A DNA stretch of 64,000 nt from an uncultured Chloroflexia bacterium (lineage in GTDB: Bacteria; Chloroflexota; Limnocylindria; Limnocylindrales; CSP1-4), in contig CAVVJT010000007.1 in the NCBI GenBank assembly GCA_963748625.1, forward strand, positions 1,056,001 to 1,120,000, written 5' to 3'. The stretch's first letter is position 1, and each line of letters opens with the position of its first letter. Positions 47,809-61,289 of the stretch are shown here, piece by piece. The translations under genes and the position numbers were made by a program. Under the pieces are notes generated by a model. That model did no database searches, was not told where the DNA came from, and saw only the letters and a list, made by a program, of their open reading frames with translations.

Positions 47809-47874
47809 AGGTGCTCCTTCGACGCCGTCCGAACGGGTCCGTGCCCGCCGGTGGCCGCCGCTGTCGGGTGCGGT

Positions 47875-48156
47875 CTAGGCCTCGGCCGCGACCGGCTCGG
47901 TCACAACCGGGATGATCCGGACCCGCTTCTTGGACTTGGTCTCGTGCTCGAAGCGCACCCTACCGGTGATCTTCGCGTAGATCGTGTAGTCCTTGCCAAG
48001 GCCGACGTTCTCGCCGGCCTTGAAGGTCATGCCGCGCTGCCGGACGATGATCGACCCTGCCGGCACGAGCTGGCCGTCGCCGCACTTGGTGCCAAGTCGC
48101 TGGCCAACGGAGTCGCGGCCGTTCTTCGAGCTCGAGCCCGCTTTCTTGTGCGCCAT
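47875..48156 (-). CDS. rpmA: 50S ribosomal protein L27
   Basis: [21 protein letters not shown]. Confidence 0.97.
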   Translation of the reverse strand: MAHKKAGSSSKNGRDSVGQRLGTKCGDGQLVPAGSIIVRQRGMTFKAGENVGLGKDYTIYAKITGRVRFEHETKSKKRVRIIPVVTEPVAAEA

Positions 48157-48159
48157 CGC

Positions 48160-48855
48160 TTACTCGTCCTTCTTCGCGCGAGTCGTGCGCTTCTTCGGCG
48201 CCGCCTCGGTTGTCTCGGTCTCGGCGGCCGACTCATCCGCGGGGGAAGCGTCGGCCTCGGGGGCGTCGGCCTCGGCGGCCTCGGTGGCCTCGGTGGCCTC
48301 GGCGACAGCTTCGGCCTCAGGGGCCTCGGCGGGAGCGGCCTTGGCGCGGGACTTCTTCGGGGCCGGGGCCTCTTCGGTGGCTTCCTCGGCGGGCGCCTCG
48401 GCCTCCGCCGGAGCGGCGACCTTGAGCGACGCGGCGAGAGCAGCGTCCTGCGCAGCCTGGCGGGCGGCGGCCTCTTCGATCGCCTTGCGGTCGTCAGCCT
48501 GCTTGGGTGCCTTCTCCGCCTTGTCCTCGGCCGCGCTCTTGCCACCGAACGTGATGTCGGCGATGCGCAGGACCGTCAGCTCCTGGCGGTGGCCCTTCTT
48601 GACCCGGCGACGGGCCTTGGGGCGGTACTTGAACGCGATGACCTTGTCACCACGAATGGCGCCGACGACGTCGGCCTGGACAGTTGCGCCGTCCACGATG
48701 GGCTTGCCGACGGCGGCAGTGTCCCCGTCGACAACGAGGAGCACCCGGTCCAGCGTGATGGACTGGCCGGCCTCCACGTCAAGCAGCTCAACCTCGAGCT
48801 GGGTGCCGACCTCGACGCGGTACTGCTTCCCGCCGGTCTCGATGACTGCGTACAT
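48160..48855 (-). CDS. rplU: 50S ribosomal protein L21 with long Ala/Glu-rich C-terminal extension
   Basis: MYAVIETGGKQYRV...KKGHRQ.LT.LRI; GAGGA RBS. Confidence 0.95.
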   Translation of the reverse strand: MYAVIETGGKQYRVEVGTQLEVELLDVEAGQSITLDRVLLVVDGDTAAVGKPIVDGATVQADVVGAIRGDKVIAFKYRPKARRRVKKGHRQELTVLRIADITFGGKSAAEDKAEKAPKQADDRKAIEEAAARQAAQDAALAASLKVAAPAEAEAPAEEATEEAPAPKKSRAKAAPAEAPEAEAVAEATEATEAAEADAPEADASPADESAAETETTEAAPKKRTTRAKKDE

Positions 48856-49021
48856 GGGTCCTCGGAAGAGCGATAGCGGCCGCGGGGCGACCGCGACTTT
48901 GACATGGTGAAGCGCCGACGGCCATCGCGGGCGCGAAAGGGGAGTGTAGGACGGATGCGCGAGGACCGTCAACGCTCCCGCCGGCGCGTGGTGGCCGTGC
49001 TGTTGAGCGCAGCCCGGGCGC

Positions 49022-49789
49022 TCAGCGCCTCGGAGGTCGCGGACCTCGCCGTGGCGGCGGGGTCGGCGTCACGGGATCTGCCAGGACGAGGGCCTCCCGG
49101 ACGATGTCCGAGGCCGTGACATCCCGGCCCAGCCCCGCAGCGAGGGCCGCCAGCATCTCCTCCGGCCGTCCCACACCCTTCTCCGGGTCGTGGCGGAGCG
49201 TCATCCCGACGACGCTCGCACCTGCGTCGGCGATCGTCACCGAGAGTCCGTCGATGAAGGGCCGGAGATCGTAGCCGACGAGACGCTCACCCTTCTGGCG
49301 CTCGCGCGGAAGCGACGACGCCGCAAGGAGCCGCTCGCACACGGGTTCGAGCTCGTCCACGGGGGCGTCAACCCGGGCCCGGTAGACCGACGCCACCACC
49401 CGACCCGGGAGCGATGCCTCGCCCAGCCACACGTCGTGCAGGTCCAGGAGCCGGTGCCCGGACGGCATGTTGGCCGCCAGCGCCTCGCGCACGCGCCACA
49501 CGGGCAGGCGCTCGACCAGCCACACGTCAACGAGCTCCGCCTCGCCCGGGATCGATCCGCTCAGTGGCGCCGCCGGCTGGTACCTGGGCCTCGGCTTGGG
49601 GGCGTCCAGGCCCGCGAGCGGCAGTCCGCTGGCAACGAGCGAGGCCTCCCACATCGCCTGCTGCTCCCGCTGCCCGTCGCCTCCCACCGCCGCGCGGGCA
49701 AGCACGAGCCGCCATCGCTGGACAGCGTCACGCAGTACCGGAGGGGGGGTGTCAACCGGCTCGATCGGGTGGTCGGAAGGCTGCTGCAC
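49022..49789 (-). CDS. TIGR03936/DUF2344 radical SAM-associated protein
   Basis: QRWRL, PRPRYQPAAPL..G..GEAELVDV.L, YDLRPFI, GRPEE. Confidence 0.75.
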   Translation of the reverse strand: MQQPSDHPIEPVDTPPPVLRDAVQRWRLVLARAAVGGDGQREQQAMWEASLVASGLPLAGLDAPKPRPRYQPAAPLSGSIPGEAELVDVWLVERLPVWRVREALAANMPSGHRLLDLHDVWLGEASLPGRVVASVYRARVDAPVDELEPVCERLLAASSLPRERQKGERLVGYDLRPFIDGLSVTIADAGASVVGMTLRHDPEKGVGRPEEMLAALAAGLGRDVTASDIVREALVLADPVTPTPPPRRGPRPPRR

Positions 49790-49914
49790 GCGTGCTAGTC
49801 TGCCGCCGATGGCGCCAGCCGTCGCGCACCGCCTCGCAGTCCGCCCTCAACTGGCCGCGCGACGACACGCCCAGCGCCCTTTCCCGGAGGGGATCTCCGC
49901 CACGTGAGCCGCCC

Positions 49915-50655
49915 GTGAGCGTCCCGGACCCGTACAAGGTGCTCCAGGTTGATCCTTCGGCTGAGGCCGACGTGATCGAGGCCGCCTACAAGCGCCTCGC
50001 GAAGCAGTTCCACCCTGACGTCGCCCCGGGTCCCGAGGCGCAGGCGCGCATGGTCCAGATCAACCTTGCCCGCGACGTCCTGCGTGACCCGGTTCGGCGA
50101 GCAGCCATCGATCGGGCACGGGTTCGCGCACAGGCCACCTCGGCCCGGGTCGTCGCCGACGAGGGCCGCACGCACGCGAGGCCGGGCACGCCGCCGAAGC
50201 CCGCAGCCCCCCGAACCGCCCACGCGGCACCCGGCGGGACCCTGCCGCCCGGCACGCCGGATCGACAGACCGGGGCGGCGGCCAGCTGGCCGTTCCCCGG
50301 CATGGCGGATCCGGGCTCCACCTTCGGCGAGCGGATGTCCACGAGCTGGACGTCAGGACGCTCCACCGAGGGGTACCGCTACGACGCGTCGTCCATGGGC
50401 ACGCGCGATGGCCATGGCGCAGCCGGCCCGCCGCCCGGGAGCCCGTCGGGCAGCATCCTGACCTTCGGGCGCTACAGCGGCTGGACCCTGGGAGAGGTGG
50501 CGCGGACGGATCTCGAGTACATCGAGTGGCTCGACCGCATGCCGATTGGACGGCCCTACGCGCCCGAGATCGACGTCCTGCTGCGAGCGCACGGGCGTCG
50601 CGTCGCGGACGCGGACAAGGCCGACCCGCGGCACGGCCTCTTCCGCCGCCGCTAG
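49915..50655 (+). CDS. J-domain protein with C-terminal 'FGRY.G..L.E...Y.EWL' module
   Basis: DPYKVLQV...IEAAYKRLAKQFHPD...INLARDVLRDP. Confidence 0.85.
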   Translation: MSVPDPYKVLQVDPSAEADVIEAAYKRLAKQFHPDVAPGPEAQARMVQINLARDVLRDPVRRAAIDRARVRAQATSARVVADEGRTHARPGTPPKPAAPRTAHAAPGGTLPPGTPDRQTGAAASWPFPGMADPGSTFGERMSTSWTSGRSTEGYRYDASSMGTRDGHGAAGPPPGSPSGSILTFGRYSGWTLGEVARTDLEYIEWLDRMPIGRPYAPEIDVLLRAHGRRVADADKADPRHGLFRRR

Positions 50656-50719
50656 GGAGCTCTGCCGGGTCGAGCGCATCGCGCACCTCGGCTCGCGGGA
50701 CGATCGTGCGCCCGCCACC

Positions 50720-52042
50720 TCAGGCTGCGGGTGCCGCCTCGGGGTCTGCGGCCGCTGCATCAGCGGCAGCGGCCCGGGGCACCGCCCACGCCAGGAGATA
50801 CGGCGCGGCCACCGTCGTGAGGACAACCGCAACGAGCATCTCGGCGAACAGCGTCGCGTCCACCACGCCGGTTGCCAGGGCCAGGTTCGCGACCACGATG
50901 CCCACCTCACCGCGGGGCACCATGCCGAAGCCGACGGTGACCGATCCCCAGCGCCCGAGGCTCGCGGCGCCGACGATGCCGCCGACCGCCTTGGTCACCA
51001 CGCCGACCAGCGCCAGGGCAATCGCGAACAGCGCCACCTCCGGGTTGAGCATGACCGAGAGGTCCAGCTGGGCCCCCGTCACCGCGAAGAAGAACGGTGT
51101 GAAGATGGAGGCGAGCGGCTTGAACTCCTGCTCCAGCTCGTGCGCTGCCTCCGTCTCGGCGACGATCAGGCCGGCCACGAAGGCACCGATGATCGCCGCA
51201 AGGCCGATGAGGGCCGCGAGCAGCGCAATGGCCAGCATGATCATGAACGCGGGCACAAGCGGCGTGTCGGCGAACAGCGGCCAGGTGAACACGCTGCGCG
51301 GCAGGCCCCGTGCCCTGCGGGCGATCACAAAGCCGAGCAGCACCAGCCCGACGCCCGCAACGCCCACGACCAGCGTCATCACCGACACGCTGCCCTCGGC
51401 GGCGCCCGTTGCGAGCCCGATCAGGACGAGGGCCAGGATGTCGTCCACCAGGGCCGCCCCGATCACCACCCTGGCGAACTTCCGGTCGAGCACGCCCATG
51501 TCACGCAGGACGCGGCTCGTGATGCCGATGCTGGTGGCGGCGAGCGCGAGACCCATGAACACGGCGGCCATCGAGTCGTAGCCCAGGGCCACGGTGAGGC
51601 CGAAACCGCCCGCGAGCGGCAGCAGCGCCCCGATCACCGCGGTCAGCAGCGCCGCCTTGCCCACCTTGAGCAGGTCGTCGGTCTTGACTTCCAGCCCAAC
51701 CGTGAACAGCAGCACGACCACGCCCAGCTCGGCCATGACCTGTGCCGTCTCCCCCGGGATGACCAGGCCCAGCGCATACGGTCCCACGAGGAAGCCACCC
51801 AGCAGCTCACCCACCACGCCGGGCTGCCCGAGTCGGCGGGCGACCTCCTCGCCCAGCTTCGCGCCGAGCAGGAGGATGAACAGGCCGGCCATCGCCTCGG
51901 TGATGCCCTCGGCTCCGCCGGCTCCGAAGCCGGACAGCAGCTCCGGAACAGGCACCCCGGCTGATGCGAGCACGTTCGGTGCGACCACGAATGCGGCGAA
52001 CGCTCCAAGCAGGAGCGCCAGCCGGCGGGGGCCCGCTACCAC
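50720..52042 (-). CDS. cation:proton antiporter (CPA2 family)
   Basis: GQPGVVGELLGG, ATSIGIT, AALVDD, GMVPRGEV. Confidence 0.9.
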   Translation of the reverse strand: MVAGPRRLALLLGAFAAFVVAPNVLASAGVPVPELLSGFGAGGAEGITEAMAGLFILLLGAKLGEEVARRLGQPGVVGELLGGFLVGPYALGLVIPGETAQVMAELGVVVLLFTVGLEVKTDDLLKVGKAALLTAVIGALLPLAGGFGLTVALGYDSMAAVFMGLALAATSIGITSRVLRDMGVLDRKFARVVIGAALVDDILALVLIGLATGAAEGSVSVMTLVVGVAGVGLVLLGFVIARRARGLPRSVFTWPLFADTPLVPAFMIMLAIALLAALIGLAAIIGAFVAGLIVAETEAAHELEQEFKPLASIFTPFFFAVTGAQLDLSVMLNPEVALFAIALALVGVVTKAVGGIVGAASLGRWGSVTVGFGMVPRGEVGIVVANLALATGVVDATLFAEMLVAVVLTTVAAPYLLAWAVPRAAAADAAAADPEAAPAA

Positions 52043-53196
52043 TCCGCCTTTCCCTGCCGGATGTTGACGCTCTGCATGACCCCGAGGCCGATCGCGATGG
52101 TCACCAGGGACGCGCCACCGTTGCTGATGAACGGGAGCGGGATACCGGTGACCGGCATGATCCCGATCACCATCCCGACATTCACGAACACCTGGAACAG
52201 AAGGGCGGACGCGAGACCCGCCCCGAACAGCGTCCCGAACGGGTCACGCGAGCGCCACGCGCTCGCGAGGATGCGCCAGATCAAGGCCACGAACAGGACG
52301 AACACCAGGAGCGCGCCGATGAACCCGAGCTCCTGGGCAAGGACGGCGAACACGAAGTCGGACTCGGCGACCGGCAGGAACTCCCCGCGGACATGCTGGC
52401 CGTTGGTGAGGCCCACGCCGAACGGGCCACCGGAGCCCACGGTGAGCTGGCTCTGGTACACCTGCCAGCAGGAGCCCTGGACATCGGTGCACGGGTTCAG
52501 GAACGACGTCAGGCGCTCCTTCTGGTAGTCACGGAGGACGTAGGTCCAGGCGATGGGGACGGCCGCCACGCCGGCCGCCACCATCAGCAGCAGCCAGCGC
52601 AGGCTGGCGCCGGACATGAAGAGCATGCCCGCCAGGATCGAGGCGAGCACCAGGGATGTGCCGAGGTCGGGCTGCAGCATCACGAGCACCAACGGCGGGC
52701 CCATCAGCAGGCACGCGCCCAGGATCGCCACGATGGAGTCCAGCCGGCCCTCCCGGTTCCCGAGGTACGTCGCGAGAACGATGATCATCAGGATCTTCGC
52801 GAGCTCGGAGAACTGGAACGTGAGCGGCCCCAGCCTGACCCAGCGGGCGGAACCTCCCACCCCGTCGCCGATGGCCAGCGTGAGCACGAGCAACCCGAGG
52901 TTCACGAAGTAGATCGGCCATGCGAGCGTCTTGAGCCAGCGGTAGTCGAAGGCCGTCATGGCGATGAAGACCACGATCGCGAGGGCCGCCCACATGAGGG
53001 CGCGTGAGAAGACGGTGCCCTCGGACAGGACCGACTGGCCCGCCTCGACGCTGTTCGTGTACGCCATCACCAGGCCGATGGCGCCCAGCAGGGCGGCGTA
53101 CGTCGTGAGCTGGAGGTCGTAGGCGCGCCACACCGCACCGACGGACTTCGCAGTCGCGCCGGCGAAGCGCCCGGGCTCGGCCCGCATCACGCGCAT
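52036..53196 (-). CDS. rodA: rod shape-determining protein RodA (SEDS)
   Basis: GSARW, FQFSELAK, QPDLGT, SDFVFAVLAQELG, PVTGIPLPFISNGG. Confidence 0.92.
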   Translation of the reverse strand: MRVMRAEPGRFAGATAKSVGAVWRAYDLQLTTYAALLGAIGLVMAYTNSVEAGQSVLSEGTVFSRALMWAALAIVVFIAMTAFDYRWLKTLAWPIYFVNLGLLVLTLAIGDGVGGSARWVRLGPLTFQFSELAKILMIIVLATYLGNREGRLDSIVAILGACLLMGPPLVLVMLQPDLGTSLVLASILAGMLFMSGASLRWLLLMVAAGVAAVPIAWTYVLRDYQKERLTSFLNPCTDVQGSCWQVYQSQLTVGSGGPFGVGLTNGQHVRGEFLPVAESDFVFAVLAQELGFIGALLVFVLFVALIWRILASAWRSRDPFGTLFGAGLASALLFQVFVNVGMVIGIMPVTGIPLPFISNGGASLVTIAIGLGVMQSVNIRQGKAEW

Positions 53197-53209
53197 TCGA
53201 CGATGACCC

Positions 53210-55111
53210 CTAGTTGCTCTGGTAGAAGTTGCCGCGATCGAGGAGGTTGCGGTTCAGGTAGTCCTTCTTGATGTGATAGTGCAGCTGGAGGAACGCCTTG
53301 GCGATCTCTGTTCCAGCGTTGCCCTTGGTGCGGGAGTCGTACGCGAACGCGAGGAACACCAGCTCCGAGTCGGTCTTCGCGAAGTCCGCCTTGTAGGGAT
53401 CCTTGCCCACGAAGCCGACGAACCAGGAGTGGTAGGGCAGACGGCCCTTCTTGTCGCGCTCGCCGAACTCCGCGGTGCCTGACTTGCCGGCCACCTTCAC
53501 GGGCATGTCCACCAGGTTGTAGGTGTGGCGCAGGGTCACCGTGGACCGGCCCGCCAGCCGCATCGAGCGCAGCGTCTTCTGCGACACGGGCATCTTGCGG
53601 ATGAGCTCCGGCTTGAACTTCTTGATCACCGTCCCGTCCGGGCCGATGACCTCACGCACCACCTGCGGGCGGTACAGCTTGCCGCCGTTCGCGAGCGCGG
53701 CGTACGCGTTGATCAGCTGGATCGGGGTGACGACGTCATACCCCTGGCCGATGCCGGCCTGGTAGACCTCGCCCGCGAACATGGGCTGGCCGAGCGCGTC
53801 GATCTTCCACTGGTTGGAAGGGACGATGCCCGGGACCTCCCCAGTCAGGTCGATGCCGGTGGGCTTGCCGAAGCCGTACATCCGCCCCCAGTAGGCGAGG
53901 CGGTCGGCGCCCAGCATGCCGGCAACCTGGAAGAAGTACGTGTCCGACGAGTGCCCGAATCCGCAGTTCATGTCGCACAGGCCGAAGCCGCGCCGGTTCC
54001 AGTCGTAGTAGCGCGCGCCTGCCAGGGTGAGATAGCCCCTCGTGCGGATCAGGGTGCTGGCGGTGATCTTCTTGTCCTGGAGGCCGCCGGTGCCGGCGAC
54101 CAGCTTGTACGTGGAGCCGGGCGGGTAGTGGGCCTGGACCGCGTGGTTGGTCAGGGGCTTGTTCTTGTCGTTGACGAGCTTCTGGAAGTCGCGGTTCGAG
54201 ATGCCCTTCGCGAACAGGTTGTTGTCGTACGTGGGCAGGCTGACGAGGGCAAGCACCTCGCCGGTCTGCGGGTTCATGACGATGAACACGCCGCGCTTCA
54301 GGCCGGCCGCCTTCATGCCCCACTTGAGGGCCTGGGTGGCCTCCTTCTGGATCGTGCGATCGATAGTCAGCGTGAGGGACGCACCGGGGACGGACTGCTG
54401 GAGCGACTGCAGGACCTGGACGTCCTTGCCGGTCGCGTCCCGTTCGACCAGCTCGATGCCATAGGTGCCGCGAAGCTCTTCTTCGAAGGTGGCCTCGACA
54501 CCGGACTTGCCGATCAGGTCGTCCGCGAGATAGCCGCTGGCCTTGAGCCGCGCGTATCCGGCCGCATCAATGGGGCCCGTGTACCCGAGGATGTGCGACA
54601 TGAGCGCGCCGTCCGGGTACTCGCGCCGGGTCTCGACGGCGATGTGGACGCCGGGCAGGGCGTCCGACGACTCGGCGACGAGGCGGGCCGTCCCCTCCTC
54701 CACGTCCTGCGCAATCCGCACCGGGTCGAACCGGGAGCCGGGCGCAGCGTCGATGGTGGTCAGGATCTCGGCCGGGTCCAGCCCGAGCAGGCCGCCCAGG
54801 CGCTGGGCCACCTCGTCCCGGCGGCTGTACGGCAGCTCCGAGGGCGTGATCTTCACCGCGAAGGTCGCCACGTTGGTGACGAGCGGGCGGCCCTTCCGGT
54901 CGTAGATCAGGCCGCGCGGAGCCGGGACGGCCTCCTCCGCGGTCCGCTGCTCCTCCGCCTGCGCGGCCAGGCTCTGGCCGTTGTTGATCTGGAGGTAGGC
55001 GAGGCGGAGCGTGAGCAGGCCGAAGACAACGATGGTGATGACGCCGAAGGCGACGAAGCGCAGGGGCCGGCGGTCGCGATCAGGCTTCGAGCCCAGGTAT
55101 GTGCCGTTCAC
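53210..55111 (-). CDS. mrdA: penicillin-binding protein 2
   Basis: APRGLIYDR.G, PGSTYK (SxxK), SSD, GKSGTAE. Confidence 0.93.
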   Translation of the reverse strand: MNGTYLGSKPDRDRRPLRFVAFGVITIVVFGLLTLRLAYLQINNGQSLAAQAEEQRTAEEAVPAPRGLIYDRKGRPLVTNVATFAVKITPSELPYSRRDEVAQRLGGLLGLDPAEILTTIDAAPGSRFDPVRIAQDVEEGTARLVAESSDALPGVHIAVETRREYPDGALMSHILGYTGPIDAAGYARLKASGYLADDLIGKSGVEATFEEELRGTYGIELVERDATGKDVQVLQSLQQSVPGASLTLTIDRTIQKEATQALKWGMKAAGLKRGVFIVMNPQTGEVLALVSLPTYDNNLFAKGISNRDFQKLVNDKNKPLTNHAVQAHYPPGSTYKLVAGTGGLQDKKITASTLIRTRGYLTLAGARYYDWNRRGFGLCDMNCGFGHSSDTYFFQVAGMLGADRLAYWGRMYGFGKPTGIDLTGEVPGIVPSNQWKIDALGQPMFAGEVYQAGIGQGYDVVTPIQLINAYAALANGGKLYRPQVVREVIGPDGTVIKKFKPELIRKMPVSQKTLRSMRLAGRSTVTLRHTYNLVDMPVKVAGKSGTAEFGERDKKGRLPYHSWFVGFVGKDPYKADFAKTDSELVFLAFAYDSRTKGNAGTEIAKAFLQLHYHIKKDYLNRNLLDRGNFYQSN

Positions 55112-55608
55112 CAGTCCATCCGCTCCTGGGCATGGCGGCGCACCACGATCGCAATGACGAACGGTCCGAGGATCGCCGCCACGATCGTGTCGTATACGGT
55201 CGAGGGCAGCACGGTTGAGAGCGCCGCCTCTGAGAGGGGCGCCGTGGTCAGCAGCGTGGTGGCGAACAGCAGGAGCAACTGGTAGACCGGACTTGCGACA
55301 GCGGTGGCGGCGATCGGGGCGATGATGCGGATCCTGGTGAGCGCCCCACCGATCAGGGATGCGATACCGACGGCGACGAGCAACGCGAAGGCCGACGAGC
55401 CAAGGGGGCGTTGCCCGAGGATGTCGAGCGCGATGCCGCCGACGAAGGCGAACGTCAAGCCGACTTCGAGACCACCCGCGATGGTCCAGATCACACCGAT
55501 GACGAGCACCGCATCAAGCGTCGCGTCACCGATCTGCAGATATGGGACGACCGTGAACTCGGCGAGCGCGGCCACCACGGCGAACGCCGCGGCGATGATG
55601 TGATGCAT
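55108..55608 (-). CDS. mreD: rod shape-determining protein MreD
   Basis: 5 TM, AFVGGIALDIL...PLG; GTGA-coupled to pbp2. Confidence 0.8.
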   Translation of the reverse strand: MHHIIAAAFAVVAALAEFTVVPYLQIGDATLDAVLVIGVIWTIAGGLEVGLTFAFVGGIALDILGQRPLGSSAFALLVAVGIASLIGGALTRIRIIAPIAATAVASPVYQLLLLFATTLLTTAPLSEAALSTVLPSTVYDTIVAAILGPFVIAIVVRRHAQERMDW

Positions 55609-55859
55609 GTGAGCGAACGATCCTCGGCTGACGAGCCGACGGTCGGGCCCAAGCCCTAGGCGACCGCGACGACGGGTGACAGCAAACGCAGCCCGAAGTA
55701 TCCCACGGGCCTCCAGAACGGGCAATCGCCGCCTAGTGGTCGCGCGCGGGAAGCCGTGCGGGCAGGGTCCATGCGCCCGGTCCAACTCACCGCACAGGAG
55801 GACTCCCACCTATCCGCGTGGATCGGCTACCGGGTCGCCGCGCGGGCCTGATCTCCGGT

Positions 55860-55875
55860 TGTTTCACGTGCAACA
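55860..55875. promoter_or_regulatory. parS site
   Basis: TGTTTCACGTGCAACA, one mismatch to TGTTTCACGTGAAACA. Confidence 0.9.
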
Positions 55876-55915
55876 TCGGCCGACTCGAGGCCCAGGCGGC
55901 GACTGCTGGGTCTGG

Positions 55916-55931
55916 TGTTTCACGTGCAACA
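55916..55931. promoter_or_regulatory. parS site
   Basis: Identical second copy, upstream of parA. Confidence 0.9.
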
Positions 55932-56121
55932 CTCCAGTGTCGCGATACGAACCATCGGCCCGATGGGCCTCGGCGCACGGTTCTCCACAGCCCCCGTAAG
56001 TCACCGATACGCGGCAGGCGCGATCATGGCGCCCGCCATGCGGACACGCTCTGCTGGGTCGGGGAAAGGGCCTCCAATGCTAGAATTGCCCTTCATGATC
56101 ACGATTGGAACGGGAGGCTGA

Positions 56122-56930
56122 GTGGGCCAGACGATCGCCTGCAGCAATCAGAAGGGCGGCGTCGGGAAGACCACCACTGTGGTCAATCTCGCAACCTATC
56201 TGGCTCTCCTCGGTGACAGCGTCCTGGTCATCGACCTCGATCCCCAGGGCAATGCGACGAGCGGCTTCGGCATCGACAAGGCCGCCGTCACCGGCTCGAT
56301 CTACGACGCGCTCGTAGGCGGTCGGGCCCTCGCGGAGCTGCACATTCCCACCGCCGTGGACGGCCTCCGCATCGTGCCATCCTCGATCGCGCTCGCCGGT
56401 GCCGAGGTGGAGCTGGTGAACGAGGAGGGGCGCGAGCGGCGCCTCGCCCGGGCGATCGCTGCCGAGCGCGAGGCGTGGGACTGGATCATCGTCGACTGCC
56501 CGCCGTCGCTCGGCCTGCTCACGGTCAACGCCCTCACCGGTACGGACGCCGTGCTGATCCCGCTGCAGTGCGAGTACTACGCGCTTGAAGGCCTGAGCCA
56601 GCTGCTCGCGACGGTCAACCTGGTGCGCGATCACCTCAACCCGGAGCTCGGGATCTCGGGCGTGGTGCTGACGATGTACGACGCGCGCACCAGGCTCTCG
56701 GCAGAAGTCGCCAACGAGGTGCGCAGCCACCTCGCCGACGCCGTCTTCGACACGATCGTCCCGCGCAGCGTGCGCCTGTCCGAGGCGCCAAGCCACGGCA
56801 AGCCGATCGCCCTCTACCGGCCGGATTCCAAGGGCGCCGAGGCGTATGAGGCCCTCGCCCATGAACTGCGCGCACGCCGCGATGCAGCAGCAGCGGCAGT
56901 GCCAGCAACCGCAGCTGCGGGAGCCGCCGC

Positions 56931-56934
<4 letters not shown>
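56122..56934 (+). CDS. parA: chromosome partitioning ATPase ParA/Soj
   Basis: NQKGGVGKTTT, DLDPQGNAT, DCPPSLG, QCEYYALEG. Confidence 0.96.
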
Positions 56935-60274
<3,340 letters not shown>

Positions 60275-60278
<4 letters not shown>

Positions 60279-61264
60279 GCAGCGCGACCGTGAGCCCCAC
60301 CACGGAGCGCGCCCGCGCACTCGTCGCGGAGCGATCCGCCGATGCGCTCGCCCTCGGGCGCCGGGCAGGCGATCTCGTCGGCAGCCCGGCGGAGCTGGTG
60401 GCCGAGCTCCGGACGGGCCTCTCGCTCCTCGCCGATCCTGCGTACCTCGAAGGCCAGCGGCGCGTGGCGCCGGGCATCGGGCTGATCGCCGGCGTCCGCC
60501 AGCCGCTCCTCGCACAGGTCTCGCGAGGCCTCCGCTCGGCGACCCGCCGCGATCGCCCCTCCACCCTGATCGGGGTCGCCCAGGCGATGCTCAGGGACCC
60601 CCTCCTGGAGCTCCACTGGCTCGCCTTCGACCTGCTCGAGCGCACGATCGGGGCAGAGCCCGAGATCACCTGGCAGCTTGTCCGCGCGGAGAGCCGTCGC
60701 GCCGCGGACTGGATCACCGTGGACAACCTGGCCCACGTGGCCGGACGCGGGGTCCTCGCCGAGCCCTACCGCTGGGCGGAGCTCGAGCAGCTCGTCTACT
60801 CCCCGTCGCGCTGGGAGCGCCGCCTGGCCGGCTCCACGGTCGCAACGATCCCGACCGTGAACCGCGAGGCCGGCCGCACGCGTGATGTCGCCCGCCACGG
60901 CCTCGAGATCGTCGGCCAGCTCATCGGCGACCCCGAGCCCGACGTCCAGAAGGCGCTGGCCTGGGCCCTGCGCTCGATGTCGGCCATCGCACCCGATGCC
61001 GCCGAGGCGTTCCTGCGCCGGGAGGCGGACATCGCGCGCACGAAGGCTGACGGCGCCCGAGCCTGGGTCATCCGCGACGGGTCCACCAAGCTGCCGGCGC
61101 CGGCCCGCGCGGACCTCCTTCTCGCCGTTGCCGGCCTCCGCCGCATCCCCGGCGCCCGGAACACCTCCCGCGCCGCCACGGCCGCGCACGACTTCCTCCA
61201 CCTCGGCCTCGCGGTCCCGCCGGCCGAGCGGACCACCATCGACCGATCCTCACCACCCGCCTGA
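60275..61264 (+). CDS. DNA alkylation repair (AlkD-like HEAT) protein
   Basis: DWITVD, RWERRLA, DVQKALAWALR. Confidence 0.8.
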
Positions 61265-61289
61265 CCTTCACCGGTAGGAGAGCCACCAC

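Noticed and set aside
55609-56121. oriC
   Set aside because: Only one near-consensus DnaA box, no AT-rich unwinding element and no dnaA in the window
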